Of a stretch of DNA of 64,000 bases, positions 19,264-28,435 are shown piece after piece. Source of the stretch: Anaerolineae bacterium (GTDB taxonomy: Bacteria > Chloroflexota > Anaerolineae > Aggregatilineales > J027); the NCBI GenBank assembly GCA_021463865.1, contig JAJTXY010000011.1, forward strand, positions 1,761 through 65,760. The letters run 5' to 3'. The notes beneath the pieces were generated by a model, which was not told the DNA's origin, made no database searches, and was given only the letters and a program-made list of their open reading frames with translations. Made by a program: the position numbers and the translations under genes. Positions within the stretch are counted from its first letter, which is position 1, and each line of letters begins with the position of its first letter.

Positions 19264-19410
19264 TTAACGTTTATCTAAGCGCCGTGAACGCTCCCGCACT
19301 GGAATCGGTTGAGGAACAGGCGGCGTCGGTTGCAGTATTCTACCAAGTGTATTAAGAAGCTCCCGCAGGCGGTCAGCGACACGAGTGTTATTTTCAGCTT
19401 TCTTGCTCAC
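19264..19410 (-). CDS. small hypothetical protein (48 aa from GTG; the ORF track gives a 69-aa version from 19473)
   Basis: AAAGGAG lies 7 nt before GTG 19410. The product reads VSKKAENNTRVADRLRELLNTLGRILQPTPPVPQPIPVRERSRRLDKR. Confidence 0.4.
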   Translation of the reverse strand: MSKKAENNTRVADRLRELLNTLGRILQPTPPVPQPIPVRERSRRLDKR

Positions 19411-19471
19411 GGCACGCTCCTTTGACAGGTAAGATTCAAAGCCGCTAGTTTTTACCGATGGTGTTAGAAAC

Positions 19472-19502
19472 ATTATAAAGGCATTTCCTGCAAAATGGTC
19501 AA
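19472..19502 (-). promoter_or_regulatory. possible sigma70-type promoter downstream of the T-box terminator
   Basis: TTGACC (19502-19497) and TATAAT (19477-19472). The 19-nt spacer is longer than optimal. Confidence 0.3.
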
Positions 19503-19548
19503 TTATTTATAATCTTTTGACGTGATGTCTGTCATGTTTCTTTCGTCA

Positions 19549-19912
19549 GTAAAAAACAAAAATCCCTCTCATCTACCCTGTCAAGCCATTTTTAGCTGAC
19601 AGGAACGAAAGGGATTTCGCGGTACCATCCTGATTGATGACAATTCTCTAACAAATTTGGTGGACCTGAGGGGATTCGAACCCCTGACCTCTTCAATGCC
19701 ATTGAAGCGCTCTCCCAGCTGAGCTACAGGCCCATATCATCCACTTAATTGCCGCGTAACGTGCGCTTTTACGGCACAGCCTACTTTATCATTTCAACTG
19801 TGCGGCTCTGGGGCGAGTTTAGCCTTTTACGGTGTGTGTCGAGTCCACCATTGTTGGGTTTCCACCATCCCCAACTCGCTGCAACACTGGCCTACTATTC
19901 CCCTTCAAAGCC
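19549..19912 (-). promoter_or_regulatory. T-box riboswitch leader, Leu (CUC) specifier, with embedded tRNA-Ala gene
   Basis: Read on the minus strand. K-turn: GGC-UUUGAA-GGGG...CCCC-AGA-GCC. Specifier loop: 5' AAUAGUA and 3' AAA-CUC-G, with CUC at 19817-19815. AG bulge AGCGA; distal stem-loop GUUGGG-GAUGGUGGAAA-CCCAAC. T-box sequence AAUCAGGAUGGUACCGCG at 19635-19618. Antiterminator: CAGGA/UCCUG plus CGAAA-UCCC-UUUCG flanking the 7-nt bulge UGGUACC. Terminator: AAAUCCCU...CCUGUCA...UGACAGG...AGGGAUUU followed by a U-run. Confidence 0.8.
19658..19733 (-). tRNA. tRNA-Ala (anticodon GGC), CCA encoded
   Basis: GGGCCTG-TA-GCTC-AGCTGGGA-GAGC-G-CTTCA-ATGGCAT-TGAAG-AGGTC-AGGGG-TTCGAAT-CCCCT-CAGGTCC-ACCA. 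This is a perfect cloverleaf with the G3:U70 alanine identity pair. Confidence 0.95.
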
Positions 19913-19941
19913 ATTGGCATATCAATTTGTAAGGTACAAGG

Positions 19942-19971
19942 ATTTTAAACGTCGTGCCCACCCATTGTCAA
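19942..19971 (-). promoter_or_regulatory. probable promoter of the T-box/tRNA-Ala/leuS leader
   Basis: TTGACA (19971-19966), an 18-nt spacer and TAAAAT (19947-19942), immediately after the LCP gene stop. Confidence 0.5.
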
Positions 19972-19979
19972 GGTTTGGT

Positions 19980-21206
19980 TTAAGGTTGTGCGGCAGTTGG
20001 AGGCGCGAACAATTCTGCCACCAATGCCAAAATATCACTCACGATGGGTACGAGAATATCTTCGCCATTTGGCCCAACCTGTGGAATAGTCTCCCCATAG
20101 GTAATCGAGCCATTTTTGATATTCTCACGCGGGATTTGCTCGGCTACCAATGCTAATTCCAATAGCTCTTGGAAGGTCATATCGGTCTGCACATTGGCGC
20201 TGACCGATTCCCAAATATTCTGTGCCTCCGAAAACAATCCCGTCGCCCCACCCAACGACATCAACTTCTCACGCACCGCAAAAATCACCTCTTGCTGGCG
20301 GGTTGCCCGGTCAATATCACCATTTTCGGTGGCACGAGTACGGGCATATTCCAATAACCGCTCGGCAGGCAGATTTTGACAACCCGCATCGAAATGCACT
20401 GGGCGAATACCGTAGCTCCCATCAGGATATTTCGGGTCGTCAATCGGTGCGGGTGGGCAAACTTCGACCTCCCCAATCGCATTGACAAAGGTGATAAAGG
20501 CATCAAAGTTAATCATGATATAGTAATCAATGTTGATGCCGATGAGTCCTTGAATTACCTGTTTGACATATTCCGGCCCCCCACCGGGATACTGGATGCT
20601 CTCACCGACAATATTGGCCGTGTTGATTTTGCCCTCGCTCCCAATGCTCGGAAACGTCACATAAAGGTCACGGGGGATGGACAAAATCGCCCCGGTCTTG
20701 GCAAGCGGATTCAGGCTCAACAGCATAATGGTGTCAGTCGGAAACGGCCCAGTTTCGCCCTGTCGCTGGTCAATGCCAAGCAGCAAAATATTGACGCGGC
20801 GCGGGTCTGCTAATTGATAATCAATGGGATTGAGACTAGCCTCTGTCGTTGCAACTTCCGTACTCACCGGGTCGGGGGTTGCCGTCGAATCGGTTGGGAT
20901 GGGTGTGCCATCTACCGCAGAGGTTGTTGCATCAGATGTAACTTGCACGGTAGGCTGAATGATGATGGGCGGCGGCGTCACATCTGTGCCAGTACCGGGG
21001 GCTTCGGGTTCTTTCAATCCCAAAAGCAACTCGGCTACCCGGACGACATCCACACCCTCTTCCAATGGCGCAATTTCGTTGAGTTCTTCCGTTCGGGTAC
21101 GGGCCTGTGAATAGGTAACTATGCCAGCCGCAATCGTGCCGACCATTGCCACAATCACCCACCCCATAATCGCCCATAGTGGTATACGCATCAAAATTCG
21201 CTCCAA
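19980..21206 (-). CDS. LytR-CpsA-Psr (LCP) family cell-envelope phosphotransferase
   Basis: N-terminal TM segment, then NILLLGIDQR...TDTIMLLSLNP...ILSIPRDLYV. Confidence 0.85.
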   Translation of the reverse strand: MERILMRIPLWAIMGWVIVAMVGTIAAGIVTYSQARTRTEELNEIAPLEEGVDVVRVAELLLGLKEPEAPGTGTDVTPPPIIIQPTVQVTSDATTSAVDGTPIPTDSTATPDPVSTEVATTEASLNPIDYQLADPRRVNILLLGIDQRQGETGPFPTDTIMLLSLNPLAKTGAILSIPRDLYVTFPSIGSEGKINTANIVGESIQYPGGGPEYVKQVIQGLIGINIDYYIMINFDAFITFVNAIGEVEVCPPAPIDDPKYPDGSYGIRPVHFDAGCQNLPAERLLEYARTRATENGDIDRATRQQEVIFAVREKLMSLGGATGLFSEAQNIWESVSANVQTDMTFQELLELALVAEQIPRENIKNGSITYGETIPQVGPNGEDILVPIVSDILALVAELFAPPTAAQP

Positions 21207-21292
21207 GTCATCGCATCATTTGCAAGGCGGCCCGATTATATATCCGCCTATGGGACTTGAATAGACGTGTTGCCGCTGTTTGCCTGACGCCC

Positions 21293-22305
21293 TCACTGTG
21301 GATTCGTATTTATGCGGAAGGAACCTAACCATTCTTCAGGCGAGGCGCTGCCTACCCATACCTCTTTGTAGAATAAGGGTTGAATGTCTACCGTCAAGCC
21401 AAATCCGAAATCTACTCGGTTGATAATGGCAATTTCAATCGTTTCAAGCGCCTCTAAATCCTCATAGGTTTGCAGCGTATTCCACAAAATAGGGCTGAGG
21501 ATTTCATTACATCTTTCCGGTTCACATTTGTCTTTCGTCCATACCAATATCGTAAGTGTGTCGTTAGTACGAGTAACTTCGACCCGAAAGACTTCGTCTG
21601 GTAGATCTTTGTTGACCGTCTCATATAAATCCGATAACGGGTTCAATGAGTTGGCGAAGAGAGCCACCAGCGCACCGAAAATAGCAAGGCATACCGGAAT
21701 TACTTCATTTGATTTGGAGCGCTGCGGAGCGCGGTACTGAGAATAGGCATCTGGCATATAGATTTCATGGATCACGCATGAGCCAGCAATGAGATCGTGT
21801 GGCCCTTGTCGCGTCACCCGATTAAAAAGATAACCATATAGGAGCGCTAAAGTGCCTCCAATGAAAACCCATCCGACCAGAATTTTCCCAGTCCCGATGT
21901 AAAAAATACACTGAGATTCCAACCATTGAGGGCCAGAATTGAGCACAAAATCACCGAGCGCAGTAGAGATTTTTTGAAAGTAAGAGTTTTCCCATGTGCA
22001 TCAGTTACGGTCAGTTTCAAAAAGCCTTTACCTACAGTCTGCCCATTGTTATAGCGAGTGGGAATTGCAAAATAACCCACTGCGATGAGAAAGCTAAAAA
22101 CACGACCACTCGGCCCGATACTGAATAAAAACGAACGGAAGAACAGGGATAAGAAGAAAAAGATAACCGCAAGGCATATTAGATCAATGATGTCAGCAGC
22201 AATTCGATACCAGAATTCGGCAATTGGCAAAGGATAAGGCTGTTGGGTAGATAGAGGCGCTTCGGATGTGGATTGAGGGTTTACAGTAGCGGCATCATTT
22301 GACAT
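21293..22305 (-). pseudogene. RDD-family membrane protein split by a frameshift at a T6 run (or an assembly error)
   Basis: ORF 21847..22305 carries the RDD N-terminal part (YRIAADIIDLICL...). ORF 21293..21946, in another frame, carries the conserved end (NRVTRQGPHDLIAGSCVI). The frames switch at GTATTTTTTACA near 21900. Confidence 0.55.
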
Positions 22306-22348
22306 AGACTCTTACTCCATACTTCCTTATGATACCCCCAAAGCCAAC

Positions 22349-22373
22349 AAAAAAGCCCCGCGAATGGGGCTTT
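22349..22373 (-). terminator. intrinsic terminator after the M24 peptidase gene
   Basis: Minus strand: GCCCC-ATTCGC-GGGGC-TTTTTT. Confidence 0.6.
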
Positions 22374-22402
22374 CATGCCAAATGTCACGGCGAAAAAGTG
22401 GC

Positions 22403-23641
22403 TTAGTTCTGGTTTTGAATTGGGATAACCAAGTCATAGGTGCAGTCGGTTAAATTATGCGCTGTGCCGGACTCATCAAGGTAAACCGAATCCTCAATGC
22501 GAATACCCCATCCTTTATCGGGGTAATACAAGCCGGGTTCAATCGTGATGACATCGCCCTTCTCGAACACACGGTCATCGGGCGAATAATTGCTAATCCC
22601 CGGTGCTTCATGCACATCCAAACCGATGCCATGCCCCAAACTGTGGGTATACCCTTCGTTACCCCCCGGTTTAGTCTTCGGCGTGGGGTGTCCGCGTTCC
22701 TCAAAAATATCACACACCAATTCCTGTAACTCGCGGGTGCGCTGTCCTACGGTCAGGCTCTCCAACGATTGAGTGAACGCATACATCACCAAGCGATGGG
22801 CTTCTTCGACCTCTGGTGTGGCATATCCCAGCGACCATGTGCGCGTCATGTCATGATAATAGCCGCCGCCGATGGGCCGGGGGAACAAATCGAACACCAG
22901 TGTCTTGCCCAATTCCAGCGGTTGATCTTCTTCACCGCGACTGTGAGGCAAAGCCGAATCGCGCCCCTGTGCAAAAATCATCCCGCCTGAATCCTCAAGT
23001 CCATATTCCATCAGCTTCAACCGCACAAAATGTTTGACATCGCCGATGGTGAGGGGTTTGCCGTCCGCCTTATACACCACATTGTTTTTGGCCTTATGTC
23101 CTGCCAACCACTCGCGGGTTTCGGTCATGACCTTGCTGGAACGCTCACCGGAATCACGCAATTTGGCGATTTCATCGGCGTCCTTGCCACGACGGGCTAA
23201 TGCAAAAATACTGGTGTCGTCGTCTTCTACAATTTCAATCAAATCGGCATAGTCACGCTCGAAGCGTTTGAGCATTTTCCATGTCCCCATGACATCCCCC
23301 ACGCCATAAAATGCTACGCGGCCCTTGATGTCTAGTTGGGTCAAAATATTGCGCCAATATTCCCGACTGACAGCTTGATGATCGCTGCGATATTTTTGCA
23401 TAAGTTCTGCCAAACCAAAGTCCGTCATGTTATAGACTTTCAGCCCGCTCTTGGCCGCTTCATCCAGTTCCATACCATTCGCAATCAATACCGCCTCCGA
23501 GCCGCGCTTTTTAATCACCGTCGCATGGGCATGGATGCCATTGGCAAGATAATCACGATAAGGATTGGGTTCTTCAGTACCGGGGATAATCAGGGCGTCA
23601 ATGTTGCGCTCAGTCATCAGGCGGTCTAAATCAGATTTCAT
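22403..23641 (-). CDS. M24-family Xaa-Pro aminopeptidase/creatinase-fold peptidase
   Basis: HSLGHGIGLDVHE and VITIEPGLY...GIRIED are metal-ligand motifs. Confidence 0.85.
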   Translation of the reverse strand: MKSDLDRLMTERNIDALIIPGTEEPNPYRDYLANGIHAHATVIKKRGSEAVLIANGMELDEAAKSGLKVYNMTDFGLAELMQKYRSDHQAVSREYWRNILTQLDIKGRVAFYGVGDVMGTWKMLKRFERDYADLIEIVEDDDTSIFALARRGKDADEIAKLRDSGERSSKVMTETREWLAGHKAKNNVVYKADGKPLTIGDVKHFVRLKLMEYGLEDSGGMIFAQGRDSALPHSRGEEDQPLELGKTLVFDLFPRPIGGGYYHDMTRTWSLGYATPEVEEAHRLVMYAFTQSLESLTVGQRTRELQELVCDIFEERGHPTPKTKPGGNEGYTHSLGHGIGLDVHEAPGISNYSPDDRVFEKGDVITIEPGLYYPDKGWGIRIEDSVYLDESGTAHNLTDCTYDLVIPIQNQN

Positions 23642-23727
23642 TGGGGGACTCCTCCATTAAAAAAAATTTCAGTGCTGGTTATCGAATTTACTATAAGGGT
23701 AAAGGGGGGGTTCAGACGCATTAAGTA

Positions 23728-24132
23728 TCAGTTCTCATCAAGTTGGGTAGCGCGTTCGCGGAGGCGCAAAAAGACTTCGATCACCACAACCGCCAACGCC
23801 AAAAATACGGCGATAGGGAGCGATAATACACGTGGGATTTGCAACCATGCACAGGTCGCCACATAGAGGCCAATCCAGAGGCTTTGGCGCACTACCACCC
23901 AATCCGGCACAACCAGTGGGCCGCCGCCAAACCGATTATTTAAAAAACGCACAAAGGGCATGACCGTGCCGCTGATAGCAATATAAAGCAGTACAAAAAA
24001 CATCCAACGTGGGCCGGGGTTGGGCAAAACGGTTCTGACCAATACAAACAATCCACCCCAACCGACGAGAATCATCAGTCCAGCGGCTAGGTTAAGTCCA
24101 TAATGAGTGGGCAGTCCGGGGCGTTCGTCCAT
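23728..24132 (-). CDS. hypothetical integral membrane protein
   Basis: 134 aa with four hydrophobic segments. Confidence 0.55.
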   Translation of the reverse strand: MDERPGLPTHYGLNLAAGLMILVGWGGLFVLVRTVLPNPGPRWMFFVLLYIAISGTVMPFVRFLNNRFGGGPLVVPDWVVVRQSLWIGLYVATCAWLQIPRVLSLPIAVFLALAVVVIEVFLRLRERATQLDEN

Positions 24133-24281
24133 AGAAATTGATTATAACTTTGTTCCTGACTACCGGAAACGACCAAAATTTTGAAAAAGGAATTGGGTCA
24201 TAGGCGATTTTGATGTAAGATAATGGCGTTTGATTTTGAAATCATCCCGGCTGCGGGTTTAAAACACAGGGAAATTAAACA

Positions 24282-24686
24282 ATGGCAACCAACGCGACAA
24301 CATGGTTTTATAAAGAACCAGAAAAAGGCCGCCCCTATTTTATTTCAGAACGTGTGACACATACCTTTTGGGCCAACCGCCTAAGTGATGTTTATTTCAC
24401 CTGCACCCATGCCGAATCGCCCTATAAAGTCGAAGGCGTGTGGCAGGGCATCAAAGTAGAGTTGGAGTGGGAAGTAGGCAAACATTTCGTTCTTCGCAGC
24501 GACAAGGCCGATGAAGGCTTAATCGCCGTGTGCGCTGAGGTGCTTGGCTTTAAGCCCACTGTTACCTATACCGATGGCGATGGCAACAGCATTACTGAAT
24601 GGTTTACAAAGGCTGCTGATGGCAAAGAACGCCTGAAAGTCCTACAAGGCAACCCTGCCTACAAAAACGTTCGGCGTAAATCATAA
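24282..24686 (+). CDS. hypothetical protein
   Basis: 134-aa ORF. No motif recognised. Confidence 0.5.
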   Translation: MATNATTWFYKEPEKGRPYFISERVTHTFWANRLSDVYFTCTHAESPYKVEGVWQGIKVELEWEVGKHFVLRSDKADEGLIAVCAEVLGFKPTVTYTDGDGNSITEWFTKAADGKERLKVLQGNPAYKNVRRKS

Positions 24687-24711
24687 TGATGGGTCGTTTG
24701 GCCCATCCTGA

Positions 24712-25287
24712 ATGGAGGCCACGATGAAGTACGACATTGAAAAAAATCTCCGCACCCTTCGGGCAATGGTCGAGGCATTGACCCCCTACCTCTATGAAGA
24801 GGAACTCTTTGGTCATTTGGGTGATAACATGCCCAAAATGACGGTTGGCGGACTGCTGCTTCGGCTGCATCAATTGGAAGGGCTGCAAGCGGTACTCAAC
24901 AAAAACCAACAAACTCAGTTGGCCGAAACCCGCCAAAAATTTGAGCAGATGCGTTACGAATGGCGTACTCACTATGAAAAAAAGGTGCTGCAAGAGTTGA
25001 GATCGCGGGCCGAAACCTCCCTGCGCTATCTCCAAGATGCCACCGATGCGATGGGTGATTGGGGTAACCAAATCGAAAAGCGCACCATTATGGCTGAACT
25101 CATGAACGAGGCCAGCGCCCAAAACATTGCCATGCCTGCCGAGCTAAAAGGCTTAGTTAACGAAGCAGACGGTTTTCTGCGCCGCTATTTCAAAGCAGGT
25201 GGATTCTTTTGGGACGAACGCCTCACCAATGCTTATCCCCAAGAGGCCTACTGGTGGCTCTACGGCAAACCCAATCAGGAAGATTAG
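24712..25287 (+). CDS. hypothetical protein
   Basis: 191-aa ORF, helical-looking. No motif recognised. Confidence 0.5.
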   Translation: MEATMKYDIEKNLRTLRAMVEALTPYLYEEELFGHLGDNMPKMTVGGLLLRLHQLEGLQAVLNKNQQTQLAETRQKFEQMRYEWRTHYEKKVLQELRSRAETSLRYLQDATDAMGDWGNQIEKRTIMAELMNEASAQNIAMPAELKGLVNEADGFLRRYFKAGGFFWDERLTNAYPQEAYWWLYGKPNQED

Positions 25288-25338
25288 CGTCAAAAAAGGG
25301 ACGATTTCGGTGAAGTCGCCCCTTTTGTGGATATGGGT

Positions 25339-26748
25339 CTATTGGCAAGCCGCAAATGTCTCCGACACCACCACATACCCGCGAATATTCTGGGATACAA
25401 TCGCCCCACCAATATCCGTCTCCACATTGATGAAAATGACATACATACCGGGAGTCAGTCCCGTCGTATCGGCATAGACGGTCACGACATCATCCGACGT
25501 AGCAAGCGCTGGGGAAACGGTCACCTCTGGCCCACTTAGCGAGAGAGCGGGTTCAATCTTGGCATCAAACCCTGTACCCGGATAACCTGTATTGCGGACT
25601 TGGAATTGACCCACCTCGATAATCGCCGGACACGAATAGCCAATCTCTACCGCCATATCATCAAGAGCGACTAACGTCATTTCGGCGATTTCCCGTACCG
25701 GACGGCGCGGCATAGCAGCGACACTATAGAGCGCCAATGTCGGTTGCCCATCTGAGCGCAAAATTGAAAACCAGCGCATGTGGTTGCATTGCGACAACAC
25801 ACCCGGCCCTAACATTGACCAATTGAGATTCCATAAGAACATTGGCCCGGCCCACGCCCAATTTTTATCGGCGAAATCAAAAGCCCGTGCAATATAATCC
25901 GCTTGCGTTTGACCGGATACCTTCATCCAGCTAAATCCGGCAAATGAGAGGTCGCTCGCCAAGCAGTTGAGTCCTTCTTCTGCCGGGTCGCGCAGCCAAC
26001 CAAATTCAGTGAGCCACATCGGTTTGCTGCCTAAATCATATTCGAGCATCAAGTCACGCATCAGTTCAGTACGCCTAAAATTGAGGGTACGTGCATTGGG
26101 GGCATCTTCCGGCGGTGCATTATAACCGTAGGGGTGATAACCAAAGGCATCGAAATAGTTTCCCGCCCCGTTTTCAAACATCTCACGGGCAAAATCAACA
26201 TCGGTAATGGCATCGCGGCTGGGGGTGGTAATCGTAGGGGCAAGACCACCCGAAACTACAATCAAATGCGGGGCAACGGCTTTAATTTCAGTATAAACAA
26301 TACGCAGTAGTTGGGTATATTCCCACGCATTTGGGCCACGCGGCCATTCCATCTGCAAGTTTGGTTCATTATGGACTTCAACCGCCTCTACCCCTAAATC
26401 CACCAATTTCAAAGCCCGTGCGCGGACGCCCGATTTCAGGCCATCCCAATTGCCGTCACCGGGCCAAATTAGGTCGTAGCGATACAGCACTTTTTGGTTG
26501 CGATAGTAGCCCGCTTCAGTATCGGTATAGACTTTGACCCAATCCATGCCCAAGCGATCCACCCAACCGAGATCAACACTGGTATGGGGGGCAACATGGA
26601 TACCATAACCTAGATGTGGTCTTGGAATCATCGCGGCGATAGACTGAACATACGGTGATTCAGTGGCGAAGACACGGCGCGGCATTCCCCCCATTAGAGA
26701 AAGAAGGGTAAGCAGCACAGTCAGAACAAGGGTGATTTTTTGTTTCAT
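25339..26748 (-). CDS. secreted glycoside hydrolase, clan GH-A-like (GH5/GH39-type motifs) with C-terminal beta domain
   Basis: Signal peptide MKQKITLVLTVLLTLLSL. VEVHNEPN is an acid/base NEP motif and MWLTEFGW is a nucleophile TE motif. Confidence 0.55.
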   Translation of the reverse strand: MKQKITLVLTVLLTLLSLMGGMPRRVFATESPYVQSIAAMIPRPHLGYGIHVAPHTSVDLGWVDRLGMDWVKVYTDTEAGYYRNQKVLYRYDLIWPGDGNWDGLKSGVRARALKLVDLGVEAVEVHNEPNLQMEWPRGPNAWEYTQLLRIVYTEIKAVAPHLIVVSGGLAPTITTPSRDAITDVDFAREMFENGAGNYFDAFGYHPYGYNAPPEDAPNARTLNFRRTELMRDLMLEYDLGSKPMWLTEFGWLRDPAEEGLNCLASDLSFAGFSWMKVSGQTQADYIARAFDFADKNWAWAGPMFLWNLNWSMLGPGVLSQCNHMRWFSILRSDGQPTLALYSVAAMPRRPVREIAEMTLVALDDMAVEIGYSCPAIIEVGQFQVRNTGYPGTGFDAKIEPALSLSGPEVTVSPALATSDDVVTVYADTTGLTPGMYVIFINVETDIGGAIVSQNIRGYVVVSETFAACQ

Positions 26749-26883
26749 TCCACTCGCCTAATAACTTTTCCACTTTTGACCATTTCCTAGTCTAAAGAAT
26801 TTGCCCGACTTTTGCCACCTACCACTTCCCAGAATCGTTGTTACAATTCAGCCCGTTATCCATACCAGAGAACCTATTTCTGC

Positions 26884-28425
26884 ATGACGCATTCAAGTGT
26901 TTCAAAACGTCGTTTATGGCTGATGGTCGGCCTGTTATGGCTGCTATGGTTTACCCGCGCCCATCAAATCATGGCCCTTGCGGTTTTTGTGGATGAAAGC
27001 CTGCATATTTTACGTGCCCAGATGGTTTTTGACTTCAACGACGCTACAGCTTCTATCCTGCCGGGCAAACTGCTGCTCTATTATTATCTGGGTCTATTCA
27101 ATCCGCAGGATGTGGGTGGGGCATGGCTTTCGCGGGAGGCGATTGCTTTACTTGCACCATTGGGGGCAGCCTTGACCTACACCCTTGCCCAACAGTTATT
27201 TCATCGCTGGTCAACCAGTCTGCTGGCAGTAATTTTATATGCCCTCTCCCCTTTTATGCTGTTTTTTGAGCGCATGGCCCTCTCCGATACCTTCACGATG
27301 ATTTTTGGGCTATCATTGGCGATTGTTTCCCTAAAACTAGCCCGCCACCCCACCTGCAAAAATAGCATCCTCGTGGGGCTATTGTTCGGCTTGGCACTCT
27401 TGGCAAAACTGATTGCCCTTCCTTGGATCATACTGCCCTTTCTTGCCTTACGCCTCTGGGGGCAAGCCAATTTACGTCAACTATGGAATAAGGTTGTCAT
27501 CATCGGGATTGCCGCTGCTATCCCCCTGCTTCCTTCAGCCTTTTATGTGGTCTATCAAGAAGCTGCCCAAATCGAAAATAAGCAGGAAGTTGTTACGACC
27601 ACCCTGTTTGTGCCCGCATCACAGAGCCGACTGGAGCAAATCACCCACAATCTGGATATTTATACCGAGGCGGTCTGGACAATGCTGACACCCCCACTAT
27701 TGTTCCTGATTTTATGCCTTACCTTTTGGCAGCTTCGCAGACGGCCCAAAGAGATTTTTTACCTGTTGAGTATCACCTTTTCAGTTTGGGGATTTATCGT
27801 TGTGACAAGCGCCCAACCCAGTACCCGTTATCTGGTGTTAGGCATTCCACCCCTCTTGATGGTTGGTTCGGTTGGTTTGGACGATTTATGGCGCACCTAT
27901 CGGTCATCTTCTCAAGTGATTTACCGAGTTGCCACCGCTGTCGCCATTGTAATCACGCTGATTAGCGGAATGCTGGGAATCCGATTTCTGTTCGATGGGT
28001 GGAATGACCCCACCAAGCTAATCCTAGCAAATCGGGACATCTGGGAATATTTTGAAAATACCGCGACGGGGTATGGCCTGCGAGAGGCCTCTGATGATTT
28101 GCCCAATCTACCTCCGCTGCAATCGGAAGATTCGACGATTCATGTAGCAGGATTTGTAGGAGCGTGTCACACCCTGCGACTGTACTTGCCTGCGGATTCC
28201 AACGTCGAATTGACCTGCCCCTATTTCAAATGGAGCATCGAACAAGCCCCCATTACCCTTGCCGAATGGGAACAGCGCATCAAAACCGATGGGGCATGGT
28301 ATATTTTAGCCGATGATCGCCAACCAATGGATTTATTCAGCCTGCCGTTTACGTGGGAAGAATTGGCTGTCTATAAACGGCCCTATGATGGCGTGACCGT
28401 GCGGTTATATCGCGTCAGCCCTTAA
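26884..28425 (+). CDS. GT-C fold membrane glycosyltransferase, GT39/ArnT (PMT_2)-like, paralog 1
   Basis: Multi-TM protein with a first-loop motif VDESLHILRAQ and SPFMLFFERMALSD. It shares the C-terminal soluble domain WNDPTKL...YKRPYDGVTVRLYRV. Start chosen at MTHSSVSKRR. Confidence 0.6.
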   Translation: MTHSSVSKRRLWLMVGLLWLLWFTRAHQIMALAVFVDESLHILRAQMVFDFNDATASILPGKLLLYYYLGLFNPQDVGGAWLSREAIALLAPLGAALTYTLAQQLFHRWSTSLLAVILYALSPFMLFFERMALSDTFTMIFGLSLAIVSLKLARHPTCKNSILVGLLFGLALLAKLIALPWIILPFLALRLWGQANLRQLWNKVVIIGIAAAIPLLPSAFYVVYQEAAQIENKQEVVTTTLFVPASQSRLEQITHNLDIYTEAVWTMLTPPLLFLILCLTFWQLRRRPKEIFYLLSITFSVWGFIVVTSAQPSTRYLVLGIPPLLMVGSVGLDDLWRTYRSSSQVIYRVATAVAIVITLISGMLGIRFLFDGWNDPTKLILANRDIWEYFENTATGYGLREASDDLPNLPPLQSEDSTIHVAGFVGACHTLRLYLPADSNVELTCPYFKWSIEQAPITLAEWEQRIKTDGAWYILADDRQPMDLFSLPFTWEELAVYKRPYDGVTVRLYRVSP

Positions 28426-28435
28426 GGAGTCCAAA

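Noticed and set aside
19811-19817. GCC (Ala codon) immediately after CUC in the specifier region, which would match the embedded tRNA-Ala(GGC) anticodon
   Set aside because: Using GCC as the specifier would destroy the GGGG/CCCC helix closing the loop and the xAA-codon-purine spacing. CUC followed by G fits the canonical geometry and the downstream gene leuS. I kept it only as a curiosity.
19749-20156. 135-aa plus-strand ORF
   Set aside because: It is antisense to the T-box Stem I region, the promoter and the 3' end of the LCP gene. It has no RBS or motif.
21890-21915. Programmed -1 ribosomal frameshift at the U-run in the RDD gene
   Set aside because: In the zero frame the run reads GUA UUU UUU ACA, which is not a canonical X XXY YYZ heptamer. 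I saw no obvious downstream stimulatory structure. A mutation or sequencing error is more likely.
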